A stretch of 64,000 nucleotides of DNA, from NCBI RefSeq assembly GCF_006345805.1, contig NC_042997.1, positions 198,152,001 through 198,216,000 of the forward strand, given 5' to 3'. The notes under the pieces are model-generated. The model was not told the origin of the DNA. It saw nothing but the letters and a program-made list of their open reading frames with translations, and did no database searches. The DNA is from Octopus sinensis. Its lineage: Eukaryota. This document shows, piece after piece, positions 38,142-53,500 of this stretch (within the stretch, counting starts at the first letter, position 1; the number at the start of each line of letters is the position of its first letter). The position numbers and the translations under genes were made by a program.

Positions 38142-38187
38142 TAGGTGTTGATAGAAAGATGGACAGATACACGTTTTGTATACATAT

Positions 38188-38580
38188 AGGCGCAGGAGTG
38201 GCTGTGTGGTAAGTAGCTTGTTTACCAACCACATGGTTCCGGGTTCAGTCCCACTGAGTGGCACCTTGGGCAAGTGTCTTCTTCTATAGCCTCGGGCCGA
38301 CCAAAGCCTTGTGAGTGGATTTGGTAGACGTAAACTGAAAGAAGTCCGTCGTATATATGTATATATATATATATGTGTGTGTGTCTGTGTTTGTCTCCCT
38401 AGCATTGCTTGACAATCGATGCTGGTGTCTTTATGTCCCTGTCACTTAGCGGTTCGGCAAAATAGACCGATAGAATAAGTACTGGGCTTACAAAGAATAA
38501 GTTCTGGGGTCGATTTGCTCGATTAAAGGTGGTGCTCCAGCATGGCCGCAGTCAAAATAATTGAAACAAGTAAAAATAAA
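38188..38580 (+). mobile_element. Family-B SINE
   Basis: Full-length match. Confidence 0.93.
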
Positions 38581-38649
38581 TAAATAAATGAATATATATA
38601 TATATATGTGGGTGTGTTAAATGTATTTACTGTTAAATTATTTGATACG

Positions 38650-38990
38650 AGCACTCAGAGAGCGCAAACCGCCACCAAGGCAACACCAACGACCTCCCAA
38701 CGATTAGCCAGAGATGACTTTCAAAATGAGAATACCTGAAATAAACTCGACTGGTCTCATAAACGAGAATATTCAAAATAAACCTGATCGCTCTCAAAAA
38801 TTACGTGCAAAAAACACCCCCTAAAAGACAATCCAGAATTCTTGTCCGGTACTGCATGGATCTCAGAATCTAATCAGTTCGTGCCAGTCACGAGGGAAAT
38901 CATCCCTGAAAGTTTCATCCGAATCCATCCAGCGGTTCTTGAGTTATCTTTTCCCCGGACAAACAAACATGACTGAAATTAATACCTCCT
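38650..38990 (+). mobile_element. Helentron/HINE-like non-autonomous element
   Basis: GAGCACTCAGAGAGCGCAAACC..CCAAGG start, AATCTAATCAGTTC..AAAGTTTCATCCGAATCC..GAGTTATC..ACAAACAAAC..AATACCTCC end; resembles a widespread animal repeat type, from memory. Confidence 0.5.
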
Positions 38991-39879
38991 ATTCTTTAAG
39001 CGCTGTCGACGTCAGTTTTTTGTTAGTTTTATAGCCAAACACTTCTTATTTCGAAAATTCAAAGAAATATTTCGTGTCGGTTTTTATTCCTCATTCTATT
39101 TTCCCTCAATATTCACTCTTCACCTTAATATCCCTTATAAGTTATTTTCAATCTTGGTTTTAATTGCAGATCTTTTTAATCGTCTTTTCTTTTTTGTGTA
39201 ATTAGATAGAGGACGTACTAAGACTGTTGTTTGTGGAAACGTTTTTAGGAATGAAGTAACAATGTTTTATTTTGAGAGAAGAAAAATTCGTTAACTTCAT
39301 AATGGAGGGTCGTGAGTTCAGGGCCAACAAAGGAAGCTGAAAGAAATCAAATATGAGATAGCATTATATACATAAAAGCTGAGTGCAGCAGATATAATTC
39401 TCTGAACTTATGCGATAAGGAATGATTCTACAAAATGCTGACATGTAACAAAAGTAGCAAAATTAGAAGAAAAAAAAAAATAAACTCGCTGAAACATAAA
39501 GCGATAAAACGTAAAAAGAAGGGAAAAATATTAAAATTCATTATCGAAGTATTTTACTTCATAGATTTGGGAGAAACGTTGAAATAAGCTGAAATTGTTA
39601 AGTGGAATTAAAAGAGGATTTTGATGACAATATCGCTTTTGAATTATAGAGAAGGAAAAACCGAATTTCTTCAAGGAATGTTATATTCCAAAATTAATAG
39701 AGGTCTTTTTTCTTTCCTATGAAAAACAAAACATACGTAGGAAGTCTAAAAATTACACAATTTGATTTGCTGGTAGCGGTTTACTTTGCTGGTTGTTTCC
39801 AGTTTCTGTGTTAGAACGCTTAATTCAATGTGTTTAGTAGATATTCATTTATGATAACTCCTTCATCGGCTTGGACGAC

Positions 39880-40310
39880 GAGCATTCCGTGCTTCGATCA
39901 ACTATTCTTTCTACTGGTACTTATTCTGCCTGGTACTTATGTTGTCAATCTCTTACCTATCATCTACGTTACAGGGTCGTAAACAAACCAACATCCGGTT
40001 GTTAAGCGGCGGTCGGGGGAGGGCGCTTAAACATAAACACAAAGACATAACCACACACGTGTGTACGTGATTACACACACACACACACACACACATCTTT
40101 TCCTGAAGTACTGATAGGGGGAAAACATATTACAAAGATATACACACAATCACGATGGGCTTCTTTTAGTTTCCGTCTATCAAATCCACCGACAAGGTGT
40201 ACGGCGCGACCAGAGGCTATATAAAAAGACACTTGATCAAGCTGTCACTCAGTATAGAGTGGTAATGAACCCGGTGCCATGTTCTTACCACACAGCCATG
40301 CCCGCGCCTA
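39880..40310 (-). mobile_element. Old, degenerate family-B SINE
   Basis: Recognisable TTTAGTTTCCGTCTATCAAATCCAC and TTACCACACAGCCATGCCCGCGCCTATA modules. Confidence 0.75.
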
Positions 40311-40707
40311 TATACACACGCACACACACACACACACACGCGCGCGCGCGCGTGTATGTTCTCTTTCTCTTTGTAATTTAGAATAAACTTTAACCTTCCA
40401 CCTACTTGGTAAGAAGATTGTGAAGGAAAGCATCTTGTTTTAAACATCATCCTCTAAATATTAGGAAGGCCTTGCAGATTTCTTTAATCCCGAATATCTT
40501 GATCATTTGTAGCGTATAAACTAAGGATTTGCGTCCTCATCTCAACATCCCATGTTCATCAAGACGGGTTGGTATGTATCCTTAGCGTTATTAAGAATAT
40601 AAAAAGAACAAAGTCGGAAAATACTATTCAGGAAAAAATATATTCACAACATAATGAAAATAACTAGAACTGGTGCCAAGTAACATTCTAATCATGTGAT
40701 ATTTGAA

Positions 40708-40997
40708 ATATACCTTTTCTTCGACTTACGACCGAGTTACGTTCCGACTGACAGGTCGTAGGTCGATCTGGTCGTATGTCGGATTTATATTTTTCTACAC
40801 TAATTTCATTCCGGCAACTGATGCTTGAAAGCGACTGAGTGAGAGAGAGTGGCAGGGAGTGGATGTCTGGGTCTGAGGATGGCCTGCTTTGCCAGATGCG
40901 GCCATAGTTATCGTACGCGCAGCCGCCCAACGTCCGATTTTTTTATTTATTCAATGAAAAAAAATGTTGTTGTCGTAAGTCGTATAGAAGGTGTATA
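40708..40997. mobile_element. MITE with ~27-bp TIRs (pogo/Tigger-like motif CGACTTACGAC)
   Basis: ATATACCTTTTCTTCGACTTACGAC versus GTCGTAAGTCGTATAGAAGGTGTATAT; no ORF; TA context. Confidence 0.7.
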
Positions 40998-41132
40998 TGG
41001 TTTTGAAGTTTATCATCGTAATATATCTAATAGAATCAGCACATATTGAAGTTTAAATGTTCATTTTATGAAACGTCAAATTAATTTGATGAAGCATTTT
41101 ATTTATATAGATTAATGGTTCAGATAATTTAA

Positions 41133-41192
<60 letters not shown>

Positions 41193-42220
41193 ATGAATAA
41201 ATACAAAGAATGAAAATATATGTTATTTGACATCTAAATTTATGCCACTTCAAAAACGAACAGAAAACATAAAAGTTATCATCTGAACATTTAATTTAGT
41301 TAAAGACAGGTGTATTTCAAAATCATAGCGTTTCTATTATATATGTAGGAATGTGTTGCAAAGCGACTGACAATTCAAAATATCACTAGGCAAGATAAAG
41401 TAACGTTGTTGTACTACATGTCCCAGTACTATTCTAAGTTATTTACTTAAATAAAATTACTATAATCCAGTATTTCTTTCTTGTGTGTATTGCAGCTTTT
41501 CTCTCTCCGATAATAAATTGAATCATAATTTACTCCCCGACAAGATGTGTCATTTTGCAAGTCATATGTGTATGCAATAGTGCTCCTGGTAAAAAGCAAA
41601 ACCCATCATATAGGGCTTCACCCCACCTTGAAAAATATATCAGGTCAGCAAAGACTCACCAAAACACTATAAGTTCTGGACCACAGATACCGTGTCACGA
41701 TTTTCTGTTCCCGTTTTGATACTACAAGACCTCTGCATATCTAAACTGGGTAATTGCATACTATTGCTTACAAAGAATAAGTCGTGGGGTCGATTTGCTC
41801 GACTAAAGGCGGTGCTCCGCCATGGCCACAGTCAAATGACTGAAACAGGTAAAAGAGACTATCTCTATTTACTCAAGCCTCCTTTACATAGCCTCTCTCT
41901 GTACACCAATCAGTACACTTACGCATCAGTCTCGCTAGGGAAAGTCAACCACATTCATATTTCCACATATCACTTAAATAGACTACATTTTTCTTAGTAA
42001 ATATTATTATCATATACCTGTAGAAACTCGATGTTTGTTTGTTTGTTTGCATGCTCCAAGCTTTTATTTATTTCATATTAAAAGGAACACAGATTTAATT
42101 TTAAACAAGATTAATCCGAATATTTTTCACATATCTCAGCCAATGATTCTGATACGCACATTTGATTATCATTTACATCGAAACAAGAAGTATGTCTCTA
42201 CAACTTATGTTTGTTGAACA

Positions 42221-42483
42221 ATAAAAAAAATAAATGCACCCTTTTTAAAGCCTAGCCAGTCTCGTGGGCCCGGTTTCCCGGTTTCTATGGCGTATGTGTT
42301 CCCCAGCTGGACGGGACGCAAGTCCATCGCAGCGTTAAACATTTTTGCCATCTGAGTGGACTGGAGCAACGTGAAATGAAGTGTTTTGCTCAAGAACACA
42401 ACGCGTCGCTCGGTCCAGGAATCGAAACCACAATCTTACGATCATGATGCTGACACCCTAACCACTAAGCCACGCGCTTCCAC
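42221..42483 (-). mobile_element. SINE with E-type head and D-type tail
   Basis: E central domain joined to CTGCGATGGACTTGCGTCCCGTCCAGCTGGGG...ATACGCCATAGAAACCGGGAAACCGGGCCC. Confidence 0.87.
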
Positions 42484-43035
42484 GTGTGGAACAATGCTGC
42501 TGATAAAACAAAAACCATCCTACAGCGCTCCTTCCTACCATGAAAAAATATAATTTCCGGCTACCTCGAAAATATAATCAATTACCGATGCTTTATAAAC
42601 ACAACCTACCCCCTACTTTCCTTGCTGAAAGACAATTTGTGACACACAATTCATGTGTGAACGTGGTTTAAAAGAAAACACTTAAACGTGAGTGCAGAGA
42701 AACATTTGAAGAAGGACAAACACTAATTCAATTTGTTTGGAAAGTAAGGGATTCTTTAATTTCCGTTTATTTAATAAATAAACATCCAAAAATACATCAA
42801 TATAGAGACATACACATAAGTGTGTGAGTGGTTAGGAATTACACTTCGAAATCTAATGACATCTTGTGCCATTGTCTTTAATATCCCCTCCAGCTGTCCC
42901 ATAGCTTGTAATTGAAATTGAAGACAAGGAAATTGTATAAAACTCCTTCCCATTGATTATAATTATAATTCCGTAATTCAAAGGTGCAAACTTATCACGC
43001 CGTTACGCTATGTCACACTGATTTATTATAATACA

Positions 43036-43331
43036 TATCACGGTATCGACTAGACTATCGCATGTTCTTATACATTGCTGATCACAATGCCCTCCGCATT
43101 CTTTTAACTTTCGAATGACGCTTTCTCGCTCGCTAGGTGAGCAGTCCAATATACTTCCAAGTTGGAAGGCTATTCCGTCGCAGAGTGATCCATTTACAGC
43201 TGACTGGCCTGGAGCAATAGGAAAAGAAATATTTTGCTCAAGAGCACAACGAACTTCCCGGTCCTAGAATCGAACCCATGAGCCAACGATCCTGAGTGCA
43301 ATGCCCAAAGTACTAGGTCACGCGCCTTCAC
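43036..43331 (-). mobile_element. Degenerate SINE with E-type head and C-type tail
   Basis: E-like head and central domain; tail matches the C tail (CATTCGAAAG...GCATTGTGATCAGCAATG). Confidence 0.7.
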
Positions 43332-43333
43332 AT

Positions 43334-43374
<41 letters not shown>

Positions 43375-43375
<1 letters not shown>

Positions 43376-43712
43376 AGACACCCTTCGGTCATGATTGACC
43401 ATGGAATTGCACCTAGAAAGTTACCCTCCAAGGTACAAGTCCGGGCAATGATGTTTATGGAAGACCAGCAGTCGTCCATGCATACCGGCCTACCCTCTCC
43501 ATGCCACCAGTGTTATCCAAGGGAAAGGCAAAGGCCGATACGGCTTGGCACATGTGACGTCACAACGTCACATTTCTACAGCTGAGTGAACTGGAGCAAC
43601 GTAAAATAAGTGTCTTGCTCAAGAACACAACACGCAGCCCGGTCCGGGATTCGAACTCACAACCTCACGATCGTAAGCTCGACGCTTTAACCACTGAGCC
43701 ATACGCCTTCAC
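43375..43712 (-). mobile_element. Family-E SINE, full length
   Basis: Complete match to the other E copies. Confidence 0.93.
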
Positions 43713-44925
43713 ACACACACACACACACACACATACACACACACACATATACATCTACTTTATTACTGTATGTGTTTATGTGTATATATATGTATATATA
43801 TATGTGTGTGTGTACTTGCATACTTCCTTACTGCTGTTTAGGAACATTCCGATCTTGATAAACAGTCCTGCGATGCCTAAGTTTTCTTCTACAGCATTGG
43901 TTTATTAGGGTAAACTTTGCCTATGATATTGAAAGTGAAATCTAAATACGGCTTACTGAAAGCTTTCAAACGAACTAGTCTTGCAACATATGTCTAAATA
44001 CAGAAATTCCCCAAACGCCCTCATACCGCTCTCTGTTGAAATATACTTGGGGCCAAAAATAAATGTTCCAGTGTTTCATTATAGAGAGCGCATTCATTAT
44101 ATTAGTCATTTCAGAAGGTGAGTTTTCTGTTTCTCAGAGAGATATAACATTCTCTTGAACCATTTTAGAGCTTTAAAGAAATTATATGAATTGGTAAATT
44201 CTTAGACAATTGAAATAATATCGCTACAGAAGTCGTCACTGTTCACTGGCAAGCAATTTTTAATTACTTTCCAAATGATTTGTTATTAATATTAAGATAA
44301 GGAGCAAAGAACTTAAAGCAAGACTAGTAATGTAGTTATCAACTACAAACATCATAAAGACGTGTCGCGTTCATTATTTAAGTGTTTTTGTTCAAGATAC
44401 AGAAAAGATAAACATGAAAATATGTCACTGCCGTTAGCAATAAATAGGTAAAAATAAGAATGCGTTTTCCCAACACAATACGTTTTCTAATGTGTGTGTG
44501 CGTGTGTGCGTGTGCGTATGGCCTCTCTATAATGAAACAATGGAACATTTATTTTTGGCCCCAAGTATACTTCGACAGAATGCGGTTGTAAGGCGTTTGG
44601 GGCATTTTTACATTAAGACATATGCTACGAGACTAGGTCGTTTCAAAGCTTTCGGTAAGCCGTATATAAATTCACTTTCATTCCAAACAGACACAGTCCT
44701 CTATTCTTAGATTTAGTAGTTGATAAAAAGACAAATAAATTAGAAATGAACCACAATCCTTTACAAGCTGTGACTCCAATGGGCTTCATTCCTTTCTTGG
44801 AAGTGTAGCATATTCTTAGCTACAATAGCGACGAAATGGATTTCTTCTATCTTCTTGCTCTGTTAAAGAATTTGAGAAAAATTATATTAATATGTCCAAC
44901 TGGTTAAAATTCTATTTATTTATTT

Positions 44926-45013
44926 GTGCAGCTGATGATGGCACTGCATTTATATTGATGAAATGATTGCATTGTTCAATTAAATGGAGTCGCTTGAAAC
45001 GGTCGTACTGCAT
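44926..45013 (+). ncRNA. Type-I hammerhead ribozyme candidate, canonical core with elongated stem II
   Basis: GUGCAG-CUGAUGA-[57 nt hairpin]-GAAA-CGGUCG-UA-CUGCAU; 6-bp stem I, near-palindromic stem III, GUA triplet. Confidence 0.7.
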
Positions 45014-45122
45014 CACTTCTTGATATCCTGTTGCTTATTTATATATATATATATATTGATATATTGGTATATATATATATATATTGATATTGAGATATAT
45101 ATATATATATATATATATATTG

Positions 45123-46927
<1,805 letters not shown>

Positions 46928-46929
46928 AC

Positions 46930-47105
46930 TAATAGATCGCTAACCACTATACATTCTTTATTTTCTCTCCTTGTTTCTCTCTGTGTTCCATTCTGTGGAA
47001 GGCTCGAAACTTTAAAGACTTTTTCACTTCCCGGGTGTTATAATAATACATCTGTTTGTTGTCTACACCACGTGTCTTCGTCTTTTGTTTTTTTGTGAAT
47101 TCTCC
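46930..47105 (+). mobile_element. PLE-type short element end with a partly deleted hammerhead-like segment
   Basis: CTGTGGAAG-GCTCGAAACTTTAAAGAC followed by a U-rich tail; a related fragment is at ~12565-12615 (CTCTACTGAAGAGC). Confidence 0.45.
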
Positions 47106-47106
47106 T

Positions 47107-47168
<62 letters not shown>

Positions 47169-48494
47169 ATTCTTGCTAAACCCATTTTCCGCTTCCTTCA
47201 ATCATTATATGTGTGTTTGTGTGGTGTGTGTGCGTGTATACACACATATACATTAACAAACATACACACGCGTACACGTGCACACATAGACACTCACAAA
47301 CACTTATGTACAAAGGAGAAAGTTAGCAGGTATTTCAACAATAAAGCTTCCGCTAGATTATCCGTCGGAAACTACAGTACTGAAAATCCAAAGTAACTAT
47401 CAACCATTTCCCCTGTTTATATATTATAAGGAAAGAGAGAAAGAGAGAGACAGGGAGAGGGATATAAAGGGTTTAGTACTAAAGACTTGCATCTTTACTT
47501 CCAAATACTGTTGCACAAGTTTTCAATAAGAATCGTAGATGAAAAAGATAAATGAGACATTGTGTAAGGCTATTCAAATGTAACACTTTAGCATCATTAG
47601 ATGATGAATGGTTTACTAAGTGAAATTAAGAGAAACTTTAATGCTCGATTAATCTTCACATAAACGGGTTTTCTGTTGACTTGTTAGCTTTACTCAGAAC
47701 AACGCGCGTCAAAGAAAGCTATTAAAGGAAGGCGAACAATGATTCATATAAATGTATTGAGCACTTCCTGCACGAACTTTAGCTTTTCAGGTAATTTGAT
47801 ATTTTTTGGAGAGAAACATAGGAACGTAGGTAATTGCTGTTAAACATACACCTACATATGTATGTAAATTTGTATGTAATGTGTAATTATGTAGGTTTGT
47901 TTATATAAAGAAACAAGAAGCTGGTCAACTTGGTGATATGCAGCTCTTTTAGAGAATAAAACATTCATCTTGTCTCATTATAGCTAACAGCGAAAGAAAG
48001 GTTCGTACTTTTCTAAGTGTACTTCTCCTGTGACTTATCTTTGCTTTAAATTGTAGCGTTGTGTAGATATATCGACGGCGGGTCTTGTGATTGAACGATC
48101 GTGTTTGTCCACTGAATGTTGGTAAATAAAAGATCCATTATATAGGGATACACACAGATAAGTAGGGATAGTGGTACAACAATGCACCAATATTTACTGG
48201 AAATAGCCGTCGATGATATATAACGCTATAGTAAAGCTTCACTGTATATATATGTATATGTGTGTGTGTATGTGTGTACCACTATCTTATTTATACTTTA
48301 ACCTCATGGTGCTTTGTTTTACTGGGAAGCAATACTACTGTATTGCAGGATTTAATAATTTTTTCTTAGATATACAGATATGCATATTTTGTATGCATGC
48401 ATGCATGTCATTATTCAGTTTATTGTGAGATTTCTCGTATGTATGTATCTGTCTCTGTCTGTTATCCATCTATTAATCTATCTACCTTAACTGA

Positions 48495-48545
<51 letters not shown>

Positions 48546-48696
48546 GTGAGAGAGAGGGGGACAGATACATGAATAGATAGATAGATGGAAAGATAAGCAA
48601 GTTCGACAGATCAATATATAAAGTTTCACTATATTAATTCTTGAAATACAAGAAATATATGCAAAATAAAAGAAATGTATGCAAAAATATATACAT

Positions 48697-49077
48697 AGGT
48701 GCAGGAGTGGCTCTGTGGTAAGAAACTTGCTTCCCAACCACATGGATCCGGCTTCAGTCCCACTGTGTGGCACCTTGGGTAAGTGTCTTCTACTATGGCT
48801 TCAGGCCAACTAAAGTCTTGTGAATGGATTTGATAGTCTGAAACTGAAAGAAGTTCATCGTATATATATGTATGTTTGTGTTTGTTACCCGAACATCGCT
48901 TAGCAACCGATGTTGGTGTGTTTACGTCTCCGTAACTTAGCAGTTCGGCGTAAAAGACCGATAGAATAAGTACTAGGCTTACAAAAAATAAGTCATAGGG
49001 TAGATTTGTTCGACTAACCACGGTGCTCCAGCATGGCCGCAGTTAAAGGATTGAGGCAAGCAAAAGAAAAGAATAAA
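48697..49077 (+). mobile_element. Family-B SINE
   Basis: Full-length match. Confidence 0.92.
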
Positions 49078-49472
49078 ATGTTTTCATTCAAAAAAGATCT
49101 GACGCAGAAAACAAATGAAATATTGGATTAAAATGGTTGAAGAAATGTATTACAAATTCGACTGCGGTTTCTGGAGGCTCGGCGTTCCAAAATAATGTTT
49201 GCAGATTGATTTCACTAGTTAAGTGTCCTCTAATACACCTAGCTCTCCACAAAATCATTCCATCTTTGAACTTCTTTCCTTTAACACCTCAAATGTACGA
49301 TATCTTCCCTGAAGACGGAGGCTCGTCTCATTCTATGATGGAAACAATTTACAAACATTATTTTGAAACGCCGAGTCCCCAGAAACAGCTGTTAGATTTG
49401 TAATACTATTCTTCAACCTCTTTTAATCCACTATACATTTGTATTCTGTGTAAGTCAGACATTTTTGTATAC

Positions 49473-49868
49473 TCTTTTACTTGTTTCAGTCATTTGACTG
49501 CGGCCATGTTGGAGCACCGCCTTTAGTCGAGCAACTCGACACCGGGACTTATTCTTTGTAAGCCCAGTACTTATTCTATCGGTCTCATTTGCCGAACCGC
49601 TAAGTTACGGGGGACGTAAACACACCAGCATCGGTTGTCAAGCAATGCTAGGGGGACAAACACAAACACACACACATACATACATATATATACATATATA
49701 CGACAGGTTTCTTTCAGTTTCCGCCTATCAAATCCACTCACAAGGCATTGGTCGGCCCGGGGCTATAGCAGAAGACACTTGCCCAAGGTGCCACGCAGTG
49801 GGACTGAACCCGGAACCATGTGGTTGTTTAGCAAGCTACTTACCACACAGCCACTCCTGCGCCTATAT
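49473..49868 (-). mobile_element. Family-B SINE, full length with 14-bp TSD
   Basis: ACATTTTTGTATAC at 49459-49472 and 49869-49882. Confidence 0.94.
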
Positions 49869-51539
49869 ACATTTTTGTATACATTTCTTGTATTACATGT
49901 ATTAATATCGTAAAACTTTATATATTGATTTGTCTAACTTGCTTATCCCTACATTTATTTCTATACCCGCTCACGTTTTATTCTTTTGAGCACTAGTAAG
50001 TTTATTCTATACGGAGAATATCCTATTCTCATCTATGAACTATACATATATATAACGCATACATAATCACATTCGAAATCGTATTTGATAACGACACCCC
50101 ATATCATCACCATATGCAACTAAATATGTTTAAATATATACAATCACTAATGCATGTATCAATATTTTCCTTCTGTTTGTATAGCCAAACACATACACGC
50201 GCGCACACTCTCGATCATATAATCACATATACATACTCATAAATCGCACTTTAATGTGTGCGCTTGTAAGTGTATATGTGTGACTTTTATGCGATCACTG
50301 TACATATGTGTGACATTTATATATTACATATTGTTTGACATTTCGCCATCTCATGTATGCATTTATGCATCGTTGAATGCTTGTTTGCTGCATGAGAACA
50401 CAATGTTATTCGTATTTCTAACCAACCAAACATACTACAACGTACAATGGGAATTATCTCGAAATATTTCTATGGAGATTAAATCAACGGGGAATTTAAT
50501 ACGACAGGATTTCCGATGAACGGAAAATGAATCCTTATTATAGATTTCAGAAAAAAAACAACATAAGGATGAGAAACTTACAAAAGAGTCGTCCGTACAT
50601 TAAGAAAGAAAACGCACAGTAAAAAAACTAATATCATTTGAAATTTTTAAAACTTTCTTGTAGTCAATAGTTCTAAATTATTTTGTGATATTTTTAACGT
50701 CAAAAATATCTATTAAGTCGCTTTAATATGTCCAATTTACAGATTCTTTTCACAGAATTTATATGAAAAATTACAGTAGCATGAGATTTAAGTTGGATGT
50801 TTATATGTTTATTCTTTTATTTGGGCATCTCTCTCTTATTTCTCTTATTCATAATATCTTACCCTATATATATATACATACATACATACATACATACATA
50901 CGTACGTACGTACGTATGTATGTATGTATGTGTATACTTGAAATTTACTAAAGACGAAGATAGGTGTATGAACAACAAGCAAGTGCATTAGTTGTCAATT
51001 GTGGAACACCACTGTAACTGCATGAACCTGATGATTGCGTAACGCATGAAAGTACTAGTTTATTTCAATATTGTAAAATAGCAAAAATTACCAGTGATAT
51101 CTTCGAAACATTTGTCGGAAGTAAAAGAATTTGAATAACACCTGCGTTTAACTGCATTTATTTATAATATTATACAAAATATTTCACCAAAACCCGAAGT
51201 TTCTACCTTTAAAAACAAGGCGTTACAACCTTTTTTACTTGTGTGATTTTTTGATACCCTGGTAATTATTTATATATTTTTCTGTGTTAATTGCTAAAGG
51301 AAAAAATAAACACAGCTATTTATATATTTTTGTATAAGCAATATACAGGGAAGACATTACAAGTGAGAAAGTCATTACTGATGAATATAAAACTGTATCT
51401 CCGAATAGTTAATCAAATTTATTAGTAGAAAAAATAGAAAAAATACATGCAGCTATACGCATGTGGACGCGCTAAAAAAAATGCACGCTGTTACACAGCT
51501 ACACATACAACGCAGAGATACGCACACACACAGACGGAT

Positions 51540-51888
51540 GTACGTATGTATGTGTACCTACCTACCTACCTAACTACCTACCTACATACATACATAGGTA
51601 TCTATCTGTCTGTCTGTCTGTCTGTATCTATCTATATCTCTCTACATCCATCTCTCTACGTCCATCTCTCTACGTCCATCTCTCTACGTCCATCTCTCTA
51701 CTTCTATCTCTCTACATCCATCTATTTACATCTATCTATCTACTTCTATCTATCTACTTCTATCTATCTGCCTAACTATCTATCTATTTATTCTCTATTT
51801 ATTTATCTATTTATCTTTTTATCTTTTTATTTATTTCTATTTATCTATTCATCTCTCTATTTATCTATCTATCTATCTATTTATCATT

Positions 51889-51945
<57 letters not shown>
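51540..51945. repeat. Compound tetranucleotide microsatellite (TACC/TATC/TCTA)
   Basis: Directly visible; accounts for the 187-aa YLS-rich ORF. Confidence 0.95.
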
Positions 51946-51984
51946 GATATACCTTTCAGTTTATATCTTCCAAATCCCCTCCAA

Positions 51985-52110
51985 TGCTTTGCTCGTCCCC
52001 GAGGCCATAGTAGAAGACACTTGCCCCAGGTACCATCAATAGGACTGAACACGGAACCATGCGGTTAAGAAATAAACTTCTTACGGCACAGTCACGCCTA
52101 CGCCTATATC
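51985..52110 (-). mobile_element. Family-B SINE head fragment
   Basis: GAGGCCATAGTAGAAGACACTTGCCC...CACAGTCACGCCTACGCCTATA. Confidence 0.8.
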
Positions 52111-53289
52111 TGAATTTTAAGCCTGCAAAGCTTTCTCCGATGGCGAGACAGAACACCAAGTAATTCCCTGCAACAACAAGACAAGCAGCATTGGTGGAGT
52201 TGTATAAAATTTCATAATAGACACAAGACGTTCTACGTCGCATGTTTAGTTATGAGTTTTAATCTCTGTTATACCGATTTAATTAATATACTTTTCTCAT
52301 AAAAGCTCGTCTTATTGAGATTTAATACGAAACAAAGAAAACAGGATGATAAGAATGCCAAGCGGTCTCTGAACGAGATAGATTTGTCTTCAAGAAACGG
52401 TATGAAGCGTCTTACTTTATATATACTTGTATTTATGTAAGAAGTTGTTTATGCACACAAATACATTATATTGTTCATTTAATGTAATCCATTGTTACGC
52501 AGACTGCTTTCAGCAATCGGAACGGTTCAATAATCTTGGATTTTATTCGTGGCATAGAATCAAGCTAGTCCTTGAATGCACTTACATATTTACTGCAAGA
52601 ATTCAGTGTTTATTTTGAATCAACTCTGCATCGTTACATACAATCAATGATGTATATCTCTCGTCGTGCGCCTTCCGGCAGTTTGCCTATGCGCTTTCGC
52701 TTAGGTCACGTTCGTGTTGGTGTTGTTGTTGCAGTTTCTGTTTTCGTTTTTGTTTTTGTTTTTTTTTTCTCTTTTAGTTGTTATTTTGCGTTCTTCGCGA
52801 TTTAGTGGAGCCGATTATGACATTAATGTAAGCGTTACATTAGTAAAAAATGACAATGATAATCACCATTTTATATAGAATTAAAACTAATAGTTTTATG
52901 TAAATATCATCATCATCATCATCCTCATCATCATCCTCAACCTCATCATCATCCTCATCATCACCATCACCGTTCTCTTTCTCTCCTCCTCCTCCCCCTC
53001 CTCGTCTCCCTTATAATAATTCATAATCATTCATTATCATGACTTTTTTCTTTCTTCTCCTCTTCTTCTTTTAAAATTACTCTTTTTCATTTCAAAATTC
53101 TTAGTGTAAATGCCTTTGACTTTCTGGGATCTGAGTTCAAATCTCGCCAAAGTCAACACTATATTTCTTCTATCCGGGGACGATAAAATACAATGCCAGC
53201 ATAGTCTATCAACACTCACCTCACTATACAAATTGCTACTCTCGTACATAACTTAAAAACTACTACTGCTGCTGTTGATGTTGCTGTTA

Positions 53290-53500
53290 AGGCGGTGAGC
53301 TGGCTGAATCGTTAGCACGCCGAGCGAAATGCTAAGCAATATTTCGTCTGCCACTACGCTGGGCGTTCAAATTTCACCGAGGTCGACTTCGCCTTTCATC
53401 CTTGAATTAAGTACCAGTCAAGTACTGGAGTCGATGTGATCGATTATCCCACTGCCCACACAAATCCAGGCCTTGTTCCTATAGTAGAAAGGATTATTAT
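53290..53500 (+). mobile_element. Family-A SINE variant with a third tail type
   Basis: A head and body; tail CAAATCCAGGCCTTGTTCCTATAGTAGAAAGGATTATTAT. Confidence 0.8.

Noticed and set aside
49300-49350. CTGAAGA...GGAAAC as a hammerhead; likewise CTGATGA at 62428, 51378 and 63973, and CTGAGGA at 34111
   Set aside because: No supporting stems I-III; the last case is cut by the window end.
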